The notes under the pieces: model-generated
The model's database searches: none
What the model saw: the letters and a program-made list of their open reading frames with translations, nothing else
Told to the model about the DNA's origin: nothing
NCBI GenBank assembly: GCA_035390665.1
Contig: DAOOUC010000004.1
Span: 13,480-77,479, forward strand
From: an archaeon
GTDB taxonomy: Archaea; Iainarchaeota; Iainarchaeia; Iainarchaeales; CSSED10-239
DNA: 64,000 nucleotides
Direction of reading: 5' to 3'
Shown: positions 1 to 8,989 of the stretch, piece after piece
How positions within the stretch are numbered: position 1 is the first letter of the stretch
Layout: every line of letters begins with the position of its first letter
Translations under genes and position numbers: made by a program

Positions 1-1116
1 AACTAAACCGTCTTTATTAAGTCTAGAAACTATTGGTTCAGCACAATGCATTCCGGCCCTTGTTGCAATATTTCCGAACTCGTCTAAAAAAGAAGAAAGC
101 TCTCTGGATTTTATCCCTTTCATATCAAAAAGAACAATTGGTCCTTGGGTTTTAATGTTTTTTGGATTATAGATTGTAATTCCATCAATATTTAGTTTAT
201 CTAAAGCATAACTTAGAAGTTTTTTATCCTGATTTAAAATATTATCCATTCCTACTTTTTCAAGATAATCGACTGCGGCAAGAGTTCCAAAGGCCCCAGA
301 GATATTAGGAGTTCCTGCTTCAAATTTATATGGTAAGCCATTCCATGTTGATTTTTCTAAAGTAACATGAGAAATCATATCTCCTCCAAATTTAACTGGA
401 GAAAAATGTTTAAGATGTTTTCCTTTTGCAATCAACACTCCAACTCCTGTTGGCCCAAGCATCTTGTGCATGGTGCACACAAAGAAATCAACATTCATTT
501 TCTTAAAATCAATTTTTTGATGAGGTGCAGATTGTGAACCATCTACACAAATTAAAATATTTTTAGATTTTAAATAATCAACAATTTCTTTTACTGGTGC
601 AATTGTTGCAATAGTGTTAGATGTGTGCGCAAAAGTCACTAGTTTTGTTTTTGATGTTATTTTCTTTTTAAAATCTTCAAAATCAAAAGTAAAGTTTTTT
701 TTAATTTCTACAAATCTTAACTTAAGCCCAAGCTTTTGAGAAAGAAATTGCCAAGGAACAAGATTTGCATGATGCTCATAAACGGTTGTTAGAATCTCGT
801 CTCCTTTCTTAAAATAATTACTATTGTATAACATATACATTATTGTATTTAAAGAATCTGTGCTATTACTTGTAAGAATTATCTCTTTTGAAGAACAATT
901 AAAGAACTTAGCTAATTCATTGTGACAATTCTCATAAACAACACTAGCTTCTTGAGAGAGCTTATATACTCCTCTGTGAATATTAACCGGACATTCTTTA
1001 TAATAGTAATTCATGGCGTCAATTACTGTTTTAGGCTTAAGGCTTGTTGCTCCATTATCCAAATAAATGGTTTTTTCTAAAACCGGAAAGTCTTTTCTGT
1101 ATTTTTCAATAGTCAT
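1..1116 (-). CDS. cysteine desulfurase / class-V aminotransferase (SufS/NifS family), C-terminus cut by window edge
   Basis: Frame open from ATG (complement of 1114-1116) to position 1; not in ORF track. Hand translation MTIEKYRKDFPVLEKTIYLDNGATS..., PLP-lysine region CTMHKMLGPTGVGVL, active-site RAGMHCAEP. Confidence 0.85.
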   Translation of the reverse strand, partial: MTIEKYRKDFPVLEKTIYLDNGATSLKPKTVIDAMNYYYKECPVNIHRGVYKLSQEASVVYENCHNELAKFFNCSSKEIILTSNSTDSLNTIMYMLYNSNYFKKGDEILTTVYEHHANLVPWQFLSQKLGLKLRFVEIKKNFTFDFEDFKKKITSKTKLVTFAHTSNTIATIAPVKEIVDYLKSKNILICVDGSQSAPHQKIDFKKMNVDFFVCTMHKMLGPTGVGVLIAKGKHLKHFSPVKFGGDMISHVTLEKSTWNGLPYKFEAGTPNISGAFGTLAAVDYLEKVGMDNILNQDKKLLSYALDKLNIDGITIYNPKNIKTQGPIVLFDMKGIKSRELSSFLDEFGNIATRAGMHCAEPIVSRLNKDGLV

Positions 1117-1251
1117 ATAACCACATTTATTAAATATACCCTTACATTTATATATTAGCAATCTTTTTAAATAAATATGGGACAATATATATTATATAGA
1201 GTGACCTAAAATTAGGCTCTTTTTTTAATATTTACTAAAAAATGATTTATT

Positions 1252-1533
1252 ATGAAGATACCAAAAACAATTAAAACATACTGTAAAAAATGTAAGAAAC
1301 ACGAAGAACATAAGCTTTCACCATATAAAGCAAGAGGAGCAAGAAAGTTATCTCTTGGAACCAGAAAAAATGTTAGAAAACATAAGACAGGTTACGGTGG
1401 AATGGCTAAACACATTGCAACAGTTAAGAAACAGAATAAAAAACCTGTGTTTACTGCTGAATGTTTAGTATGTAAAGCAAAACACTATTTTGTAATACCA
1501 AAGAAAATGAAGAAAACTGAGTTTAACGCTTAG
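1252..1533 (+). CDS. rpl44e: 50S ribosomal protein L44e (eL42)
   Basis: 93 aa, basic, CKKCKKH...CLVCKAKH zinc-ribbon cysteines, YGGMAKHI core typical of L44e. Confidence 0.9.
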   Translation: MKIPKTIKTYCKKCKKHEEHKLSPYKARGARKLSLGTRKNVRKHKTGYGGMAKHIATVKKQNKKPVFTAECLVCKAKHYFVIPKKMKKTEFNA

Positions 1534-1581
1534 ATTTCTTTTCTTTAATATTTTTAAATTCATCTATAGTATATTTATACT

Positions 1582-2259
1582 ATGGAATTTGACACAATAT
1601 ATAAATTTGTGGCTGCAACTTTTGCCTTAGCCTACTTTATAGGATTAATTACAGGAATTATTTCTGTTGGCCTAGGGTCTACAAATTTTCAAGAAGCAGA
1701 TATTGCTAAGTCTTTTTATTTAACTGGACCAATTAGTTTTAAATTATTATTTAATGAAACAATAGATACTTGTTTAAAAATTTCAATATTGCCTTTTTCT
1801 TATTTAATTGTTGGAATAAACTATGGATTTACACATGCAATTCACATTCTTTCTCCTTTCTTAGGACAAATAAAATTAGCAGTATTATTAATTCCAGAAA
1901 TGTTTTATTTCTTATCCTATATTTTGTTTTCTGCAATTGGATTAAAATTAATTGCGACAATTGTTTTATTTATTGTAAATAACTGGATTTTAAAAGAAAA
2001 AAAAATAAAATTAGAGCAAACCATTTTACGAAAAGAAGATGTTTTTTTAATATATCTTGGATTAATTTCTATATTTCTTGGAACAATAATTCAGATTTAC
2101 CTTTCAAAAGTATTTTTTATATTTTTAATTAATTTTCAGTTAATTACATATATATTAATTGTTTTAATATATGTAGCTATAATTTCTTTATCATTCTATA
2201 TTTTATATAACACAATACAATCTTTAATAAAAATATTTAATAAAAGTGAAAAATTATGA
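1582..2259 (+). CDS. polytopic membrane protein (about 6 TM; possibly DUF95/SpoIIM-like)
   Basis: 225 aa, six hydrophobic segments; LLIPEMFYFLSYILFSAIG resembles the SpoIIM-family core (weak); stop overlaps next ATG (ATGA at 2256-2259). Confidence 0.6.
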   Translation: MEFDTIYKFVAATFALAYFIGLITGIISVGLGSTNFQEADIAKSFYLTGPISFKLLFNETIDTCLKISILPFSYLIVGINYGFTHAIHILSPFLGQIKLAVLLIPEMFYFLSYILFSAIGLKLIATIVLFIVNNWILKEKKIKLEQTILRKEDVFLIYLGLISIFLGTIIQIYLSKVFFIFLINFQLITYILIVLIYVAIISLSFYILYNTIQSLIKIFNKSEKL

Positions 2260-4769
2260 GTTTAGATTTTGAATCAGAAGACATAATTGTTGGTAGAATT
2301 GCAAGCCATATAAAAAAATACGGAAAGAAAGCAACAGGATATATTGGTAAAGTTGTAGTATCTAGTGGAGATGACCCTGTGCTTGGTAAGAAAGTATTAA
2401 TGGATGTTTCTCGCTCACATGTTGCAATTGTTTGTGGAAAAAGAGGTGGGGGAAAATGCCTTTCTGGAGACACCTTGATTACATTAGAAGATGGTAGAGA
2501 AATACCTATTAAAGATTTAGAAAAAGAAAGTAAAAAGATTATTTCTTTACAAGATAATCTTAAATTAAAAACAAATAATAAAGAACAATTCTATAAAAGA
2601 GAAGTACCCAATATATTAGAACTTACTTTAAGAAGTGGAAAGAAAATAAAATTGACTCCAGAACACCCTTTATTTACAATTCAAGGGTGGAAACAAGCAA
2701 AAGAGTTGAAAAAAGGAAGCAGAATTGCAACACCACGAATTATTCCTGTTTTTGGAAAAACCAAAATAAAAGATTGTGAAGTTAAACTTCTTGCATATCT
2801 TATAGCTGAAGGACATTTGGGAAACGGTTTTGTATTATTTAGTAATACTGATGAAAAAATAATCGAAGAATTTAAAGATGCAATTAAAGAATTTGATAAA
2901 AATCTAAAAATAATGCCACATGGGCAAAGTAATTTAAGAATTTCTAAAATTGAAAACAATAGAGATAAAAATAGCTTAAGAAAATATCTTGATAGTCTTG
3001 AATTATATAATGTAAAATCAGAAACTAAATTTATACCACAAAATATCTTTCAATTACCAAAAAAACAACTTTCTTTATTCCTAAATAGATTATTTAGTTG
3101 TGATGGCACTATCTATTTTGATAAAAACAAAAAAGAATGGAATATTTCTTATTCTTCTTCATCTCAAAAATTGATTTTACAAGTGCAAAGTTTATTATTG
3201 AGATTTGGACTTCTATCAATCATAAGAACAAAGAAAACAAAAAAATTACCAAACTGTGAACTTAAGATCTTATCTTCTCAAAATTTAGAATTTATTAAAA
3301 AAATTGGATTTTTTGGAAAGAAAGAAGAACTACAAAATAATGTTAAGCAAAAGGTCAATAATCCAAATATAGATACAATCCCTAAAGAAATTTGGGACAT
3401 TTATATACCAAAGAATTGGGCCACCATTGGTAAAGAAATCGGTTACAAGAATCCAAAATCATTAAGATCATCTATCAATTACTCCCCATCAAGAGAAAAA
3501 CTACTTAAAATAGCAACAATCGAGAAAAATAAAGAACTTAAAAACCTAGCAACAAGCGACATTTTCTGGGATGAAATTATTGACGTAAAAGAAATTAAGA
3601 AGAAAGAAATAGTGTATGATATTACAGTTCCAAATTCTCATAATTTTGTTGCAAATAACATTATAGTGCATAATAGTTACACAATGTCCGTACTAATTGA
3701 AGAATTTGCAAAACAACCTTTTGAAATTAAAGAAAGATTGTCAGCAATAATCATTGATACTGTTGGAATCTTCTGGACAATGAAATATGCTAATGAAGAA
3801 CAAAAAGATGCATTAGAAAAATGGGGACTTAAACCTGAAGGAATAGAGATTAGAAATCTTGTGCCTTTTGGAAAGAAAGACTTTTACACTCTTAAAAATC
3901 TTCCACATGACGGATATTTTTCAATCAAAACTTCACAAATGGATATTGAAGACTGGCTTGCGGTTTTTAGACTTACTTGGAAAGACCCTGAATCTGCATT
4001 ACTTTCAAGAACCATAGAAAAAATAAAAGAAAAAGTTGGAAGTCTTTATGATATAGATGATATCATTAATGAAGCAAGAAAAGATCAAGAAACAATAAAA
4101 GACGTAATTAATTCTCTTAATAATCGTTTAATGGTTGCTAAATCTTGGGGATTATTCTCAAAGATGGGAACAACTATGAAAGAGTTTGCTAAACCAGGAA
4201 CAATAACTGTAGTTGACACAAGTACTTACAAAGAAGCAATTGGAATGGAATCCATTAAGGAATTAATTGTAGGAATTTTAGGAAAAAGACTATATGAAGA
4301 AAGAATGCTTTATAGAAAAGAAGAAGAAATGAGTTTATTATCCGGTGGAAGAAAAGAAAGCGAGATGCCTATTATTTGGATGATGATTGATGAAGCACAC
4401 ATGTTTATGCCTGCAGATAGACCATCAATTGCTCTTGATGTCTTGTTACAGTGGATAAGAGTTGGTAGACAACCAGGGTTATCTCTTCTTCTTGCAACAC
4501 AAAGACCAAACAAACTACACTCCGAAGCAATCTCACAATGTGATTTTTTCTTAAGTATGAGAATGACTGCTCAAGAAGATATTAATGCTGTTGCTACAAT
4601 TAGACCTAGTTATCTTAATGTGCCTATGGACAAATTCTATGGACAGATGCCAAAAGAACAAGGTTATGCGATACTAGTAGATGATAACTCAGAAAAAGTA
4701 ATGTTAATAAAAATAAGACCAAGATTAACTTGGGATGGCGGAAAGACCGCAAATGTCTTTTTAGATTAA
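2256..4769 (+). CDS. HerA/FtsK-superfamily P-loop ATPase, Walker A interrupted by an intein
   Basis: HVAIVCGKRGGGK|intein|SYTMSVLIEE restores GKRGGGKS; IIDTVGIFW, Walker B IWMMIDEAHMF, LLATQRPNKLHSEAISQCDFFLSMRM typical of HerA-like ATPases; paralogue of 60326..62971. Confidence 0.85.
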   Translation: MSLDFESEDIIVGRIASHIKKYGKKATGYIGKVVVSSGDDPVLGKKVLMDVSRSHVAIVCGKRGGGKCLSGDTLITLEDGREIPIKDLEKESKKIISLQDNLKLKTNNKEQFYKREVPNILELTLRSGKKIKLTPEHPLFTIQGWKQAKELKKGSRIATPRIIPVFGKTKIKDCEVKLLAYLIAEGHLGNGFVLFSNTDEKIIEEFKDAIKEFDKNLKIMPHGQSNLRISKIENNRDKNSLRKYLDSLELYNVKSETKFIPQNIFQLPKKQLSLFLNRLFSCDGTIYFDKNKKEWNISYSSSSQKLILQVQSLLLRFGLLSIIRTKKTKKLPNCELKILSSQNLEFIKKIGFFGKKEELQNNVKQKVNNPNIDTIPKEIWDIYIPKNWATIGKEIGYKNPKSLRSSINYSPSREKLLKIATIEKNKELKNLATSDIFWDEIIDVKEIKKKEIVYDITVPNSHNFVANNIIVHNSYTMSVLIEEFAKQPFEIKERLSAIIIDTVGIFWTMKYANEEQKDALEKWGLKPEGIEIRNLVPFGKKDFYTLKNLPHDGYFSIKTSQMDIEDWLAVFRLTWKDPESALLSRTIEKIKEKVGSLYDIDDIINEARKDQETIKDVINSLNNRLMVAKSWGLFSKMGTTMKEFAKPGTITVVDTSTYKEAIGMESIKELIVGILGKRLYEERMLYRKEEEMSLLSGGRKESEMPIIWMMIDEAHMFMPADRPSIALDVLLQWIRVGRQPGLSLLLATQRPNKLHSEAISQCDFFLSMRMTAQEDINAVATIRPSYLNVPMDKFYGQMPKEQGYAILVDDNSEKVMLIKIRPRLTWDGGKTANVFLD
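2457..3674 (+). mobile_element. intein (406 codons) with LAGLIDADG homing-endonuclease domain
   Basis: Starts CLSGDTLITLEDG (block A), KLTPEHPLF (block B TxxH), LLAYLIAEGHL and FLNRLFSCDGTI (two LAGLIDADG motifs), VYDITVPNSHNFVANNIIVHN followed by Ser +1 (block F/G). Confidence 0.85.
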
Positions 4770-4779
4770 AGAAAAAAAA

Positions 4780-5472
4780 CTACTCATCAAGTAGTTTTCC
4801 ATCAAATTCTTTTGCAATAGAGTCTGCAAGTTTTATCTTCTTACTTGGTGCTTCTATATGTAAAATGTTGTCTTTTTCAAAATAAACCACAATTCCTTCA
4901 GAAGAAGACAATCTAAATTTCATGTTCTGCGATTTTAAAATTTCATCGAAAATTAAATCAATATTACTTGCAGGAACAACAATGTCTATTCCTACTTTTC
5001 TTCCACCGACATGTGTTGCTATATTATTAAGGTCGATTGTTCCAACAACACTAAACTTTAAAACAAATTCTTCAATATTAAATGAATCAATAATCTTTGT
5101 TAAATAATCTTTTGACTTTTTAGAATTTTCAAAAACAATTGTTCTGTAGGTTCTAAAATTCTCTAAGAATACATTACCCTGATTGATTTCTTTCTCGTAA
5201 TTATCTATCTCATCTTTTAAGTTTTCAATAAGTGTCTGCATCTTCTTGTAAAGTCCAATTAATTCTCTTCTTTTTACTTCTTCTTCAACCATTTGATTAA
5301 ATAATGGCTCTTTTTCACTAATATCCTCTAATTGTCTAACATCTTGAGCAATAGAGTTAATTATTTCATTCATTGGCTTGTATAATTCCATAACTTTATT
5401 TGTTTTATAAAGGTTCTTATTTAAAGAATCAAACAATTTAGATAATTTAGCATCAAGTTCTGGCATAAACAT
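4780..5472 (-). CDS. hypothetical coiled-coil protein
   Basis: 230-aa ORF, N-terminal heptad-like K/E-rich half, no recognisable motif. Confidence 0.55.
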   Translation of the reverse strand: MFMPELDAKLSKLFDSLNKNLYKTNKVMELYKPMNEIINSIAQDVRQLEDISEKEPLFNQMVEEEVKRRELIGLYKKMQTLIENLKDEIDNYEKEINQGNVFLENFRTYRTIVFENSKKSKDYLTKIIDSFNIEEFVLKFSVVGTIDLNNIATHVGGRKVGIDIVVPASNIDLIFDEILKSQNMKFRLSSSEGIVVYFEKDNILHIEAPSKKIKLADSIAKEFDGKLLDE

Positions 5473-5550
5473 ACCTCTTTTTTTTAATATATATTAATTA
5501 GATAAGAAACTCTATTTAAAGGTATTTTTTATACGAAAAGCTTTAAAAAC

Positions 5551-5892
5551 CTATAAATATCTAACAAACTTATTGTTCTTATCAACAAGTATTTTTTTTG
5601 ATTGAATTGGTTTGTCAGTTATCTCAAAACCCATAATTATTACTTCTTCTCCTTTCTTTATCAAATGAGCAGAAGCACCATTCATACAGATTACTCCTGA
5701 ATCTTTATCTCCAGTAATAACATAAGTTTCAAGTCTGTTTCCTGTGGTGTTACTTACAACTAAAACTTTTTCTCCATCAATTAAATCAACTAAATCCATT
5801 AAAGTTTTATCAATAGTAATAGAACCAATATATTCTAAATTTGCTTCAGTTACTATTGCTTTATGAATTTTAGATCTTAATATTTCTCTCAT
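5551..5892 (-). CDS. panD: aspartate 1-decarboxylase, pyruvoyl-dependent
   Basis: MREILRSKIHKAIVTEANLEYIGSITID with the Gly-Ser self-cleavage site; 113 aa; GASAHLIKKGEEVIIM. Confidence 0.85.
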   Translation of the reverse strand: MREILRSKIHKAIVTEANLEYIGSITIDKTLMDLVDLIDGEKVLVVSNTTGNRLETYVITGDKDSGVICMNGASAHLIKKGEEVIIMGFEITDKPIQSKKILVDKNNKFVRYL

Positions 5893-5896
5893 ATTT

Positions 5897-6799
5897 TTAC
5901 TCTTTAATTTCTAAATAACAATGATAAGCAGCAATTGCTCCTTGACTAGATGCGGTGATAACCTGCTTTAAATCTGTGGAATCTGTTGCATCTCCTGCAG
6001 CAAATATTCCAGAAATGTTTGTTTCTTGATTCTTATCAACAACAATATATTTGTGTTCATCTAAAGAAAGATTAAGTTTAGACAATAACTCTGTGTTTGG
6101 AACAGAACCAACTTCTATAAACAATCCATCAATAGAAATTTCTTTTCCTGTGTTTGTTTTTATTCCTTGGAGTTTTTCTGTGCCTAAAAGTTCTGTTACT
6201 TCTGTGTTATAGAGTATTTCTATCTTAGAATTATTTGTTGCTTGATCAATCCAGGCTTGTTCGGCTCTTAGTTTTTCTTTTCTATAAATTAAATAAACTT
6301 TACTTGAAAGGTCTGCCAAAAGAAGAGCAGAAGTAACTGCAGCATCACTTCCTCCAACAACACCAACAATTTTATTTTTATAGAAACCGCCATCACAGGT
6401 TGCACAATAGCTTATTCCTTTACCTGTTAGTTCTTCTTCTCTTTCTACCCCTAATTTTCTTCTAGTTCTGCCGATAGCAAGAATTATTTTTTTTGCTCTT
6501 ACTGTTCTTTGATCTGAATTAACTATAAATTGATTCTCTATTTTATCAATAGCCATTACCTTTTCAAAACCAACTTCTACTCCTAGACTTTGTGCTTGAG
6601 AAATAACTTTTTCTGACCATTCCATTCCAGAGATTTCAACAAAACCAGGATAATTACACACCTTGTGAGCATAAGATATTGTTCCACCAAAAGAATCAGA
6701 AAAGACAATTGTCTTTAAACCATATCTTGCTGCATAGATTGAAGCAGTTAAGCCCGCAGGCCCTCCACCGATAATTGCTATATCATAAATTGTATTCAT
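5897..6799 (-). CDS. trxB: thioredoxin-disulfide reductase
   Basis: N-terminal FAD motif IIGGGPAGLTA, redox-active CATCDG, second dinucleotide fold VVGGSDAA, GIFAAGD. Confidence 0.9.
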   Translation of the reverse strand: MNTIYDIAIIGGGPAGLTASIYAARYGLKTIVFSDSFGGTISYAHKVCNYPGFVEISGMEWSEKVISQAQSLGVEVGFEKVMAIDKIENQFIVNSDQRTVRAKKIILAIGRTRRKLGVEREEELTGKGISYCATCDGGFYKNKIVGVVGGSDAAVTSALLLADLSSKVYLIYRKEKLRAEQAWIDQATNNSKIEILYNTEVTELLGTEKLQGIKTNTGKEISIDGLFIEVGSVPNTELLSKLNLSLDEHKYIVVDKNQETNISGIFAAGDATDSTDLKQVITASSQGAIAAYHCYLEIKE

Positions 6800-6836
6800 A
6801 AATAAATAATAAAAGAAAAAGAATATAAATTGAATT

Positions 6837-7502
6837 TTATCTTGTTAATCTTCTTCCAACTCTTTTGTATATTTTTTCTAAAAATTCAATTGCTTGAACT
6901 GGGCTCATGTTTTTTATTTCTGTTGGAATCACTGATTTATGAATTTCAGAATAGAATGCACCAGTAACTTTGCGGTTTACTTCTGAAAAAGATGGAGCTT
7001 TTACAAATAATCCTCTTTGTTCGCGTTCGGCTTTCTTTGCTAACTTTTCATAAACTTTGTTTACTAATTTATCGTGTATTTTTTGTACAGTTAAATCTTT
7101 TCCTGAAATTTTTAATAAACGGTTTAATTTATTGACCCATTCTTTTGTCTGTCTTTTCTTAATCGCATTTAATCTTTTTCGTTCTGCATTTTTTAAATCA
7201 TATTTTCTTTCTAATTTCATTAATTGTAATCTTTTATTTAATTGTAGTCTTCTATCAATTAATTTTTGTTCTTGTATTTTTTTATCACGTAATTCTTTTG
7301 CATTTTTTACTCTTTTTTTATATTCTTTAATAAGTATTTCTTTATTTTCTTTTTCAAAAGCAATTTTTTCATTGAATTTTTTTGTTCCAGGTTTTGTTAA
7401 TCTTCCGGTTTTTGGATCCCTTTCATAACCAAGTTCTTTAGGTGTTGCTCTTTTTCCTGTTACTGCTTTTCTTAATCTTAATAATAGTCTTGGTACGGCC
7501 AT
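6837..7502 (-). CDS. hypothetical highly basic (K/R-rich) protein, paralogue of 7507..8052
   Basis: 221 aa; shares N-terminal pattern (R..T....T..EL..RD..TGR...P) and C-terminal (T.AF..E) with upstream neighbour. Confidence 0.6.
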   Translation of the reverse strand: MAVPRLLLRLRKAVTGKRATPKELGYERDPKTGRLTKPGTKKFNEKIAFEKENKEILIKEYKKRVKNAKELRDKKIQEQKLIDRRLQLNKRLQLMKLERKYDLKNAERKRLNAIKKRQTKEWVNKLNRLLKISGKDLTVQKIHDKLVNKVYEKLAKKAEREQRGLFVKAPSFSEVNRKVTGAFYSEIHKSVIPTEIKNMSPVQAIEFLEKIYKRVGRRLTR

Positions 7503-7506
7503 ATTT

Positions 7507-8052
7507 TCATCTCCTATTGTTTAAGTCTAATCTTACATTCTTTAATATTTCTTTTCTATTTGAATGTATAGAAACTGACAAATGATCTACTAGATTTTGA
7601 ATTTTTGCATAATCTAATTTCCCATTATAAAGGGTTGATTTTAATGAATATAGTTCTGTAAAAAAAGCAGATGTAAATTTATCTTTTAATTTTGCTTCAA
7701 ATAATTTATATTCTGGATTTGCGTGTTTTTTCTGATATTGCACTTCTGAATCAAATATCTCATGATATATTTTTTCCTTAATACTATTTACTGTTTCTCC
7801 TCTTCTTATACTTGATAATTCGGAATTTATTTCTTTAATCCAATTACTTAATTGCAATCTTCTTCTTCTTGCTATTCTTGCTTGTTCTATTTGTAATGCT
7901 TTTTCTCTAATAATTAAGTTTGAACTTTTTTTTGGGTCAATTATTCTTCCTGTATTTTTGTCCCTTGTTAAATCTAATTCTGCTCTAGTTTTCTTTAAAG
8001 AACTTGTAGTTAATCTTTGAATTCTTGACTTAATTAATTTTAATGGAGGCAT
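7507..8052 (-). CDS. hypothetical basic protein, paralogue of 6837..7502
   Basis: 181 aa, ATG start, 4-nt gap to next gene; LTRDKNTGRIIDP vs YERDPKTGRLTKP. Confidence 0.6.
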   Translation of the reverse strand: MPPLKLIKSRIQRLTTSSLKKTRAELDLTRDKNTGRIIDPKKSSNLIIREKALQIEQARIARRRRLQLSNWIKEINSELSSIRRGETVNSIKEKIYHEIFDSEVQYQKKHANPEYKLFEAKLKDKFTSAFFTELYSLKSTLYNGKLDYAKIQNLVDHLSVSIHSNRKEILKNVRLDLNNRR

Positions 8053-8062
8053 AATATATCAC

Positions 8063-8791
8063 TTAAACTCCTAAAGACTTAAAAACTTTTAAAGAATTCT
8101 TTGTATTTTTTAGAAATGTTTTTGCATCTAAAATTTGCTCAGGAGTATAGTATTGTCTTATTTCTGCTTCTGGATATCTTCCAATTTGTAATATTTCTGG
8201 CAACGTAAAATGCTTTTTTGCAATACTTAAATGTATCCCTGCTTCCTGTAAACTATTTAATTTCAAAAATCTCATTAAATCTACAACTTTTCTTTTTTTT
8301 GTTATTCTCCACGTATTTACGCTTGCATCAGATTCTCTTAATGTTAATCTTCTAGAATCCAATAAATCATTAAATAAGCCAGATTCTTTGTAATAATCTC
8401 CTTTCAATAAATCTACTCTTGTAATTCTTACTTTTTTTGCTATTGGACCTTCTCCTGTGGTAAATACAATATTTCCATTTTTGTGATCAATTCCAATCTC
8501 TGCAACAGGGGCATTAAAAAATGGTTGTCTTGGTTTACTTGTATTATTAATTTTATGATCTTTAAGAAGGTATTCTTGTGCTTTTACAATCTTTGCATTT
8601 TCTTTTCCAATTTTTTTTAATTTCTCTAATTGAGCTGGCGTCCATCTTACATTATTTAAATCTTGAGAATGTCTTTCATAAGACTTAAGTAATAATCCAC
8701 CTTTCCAGGTTGTTGCAACTTGTTTTGTACCTGAAGCAGTTTTTTGAATCTTTAAAACCCCTTTTGGTTTTGGCTGTGGTTTTATTGGCAT
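8063..8791 (-). CDS. hypothetical basic protein with three T(L)P[EA][EQ](I/L)L helix-start repeats
   Basis: 242 aa; RWTPAQLEKLKKIG, FTLPEILQIG, YYTPEQILDA; first gene of a tight minus-strand gene string. Confidence 0.6.
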   Translation of the reverse strand: MPIKPQPKPKGVLKIQKTASGTKQVATTWKGGLLLKSYERHSQDLNNVRWTPAQLEKLKKIGKENAKIVKAQEYLLKDHKINNTSKPRQPFFNAPVAEIGIDHKNGNIVFTTGEGPIAKKVRITRVDLLKGDYYKESGLFNDLLDSRRLTLRESDASVNTWRITKKRKVVDLMRFLKLNSLQEAGIHLSIAKKHFTLPEILQIGRYPEAEIRQYYTPEQILDAKTFLKNTKNSLKVFKSLGV

Positions 8792-8882
8792 TTAATATCG
8801 TCTCCATTTATTTTAATTACTAATAATTAAATGGTTAATAGAAATGCTTTTAAATATTTAGAATTAGAAAAACCCCAAAACA

Positions 8883-8989
8883 AATCGCATTCGCGATTCC
8901 CAAAGAAAATTATTAATTTTCTTGGGCGCATAAAAGCTTTGCTTTTATTGCGTCTCTGGGCCCAGAAAAATCGGTGGATTTTTCTTGGG
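8883..8989. other. four consecutive GC-enriched stem-loops (candidate structured RNA or regulatory element)
   Basis: aatcgc-attc-gcgatt (8883-8898); cccaaagaaaa..ttttcttggg (8899-8926); cgcataaaagc-ttt-gcttttattgcg (8927-8952); cccagaaaaatc-ggtg-gatttttcttggg (8961-8989). Confidence 0.35.
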
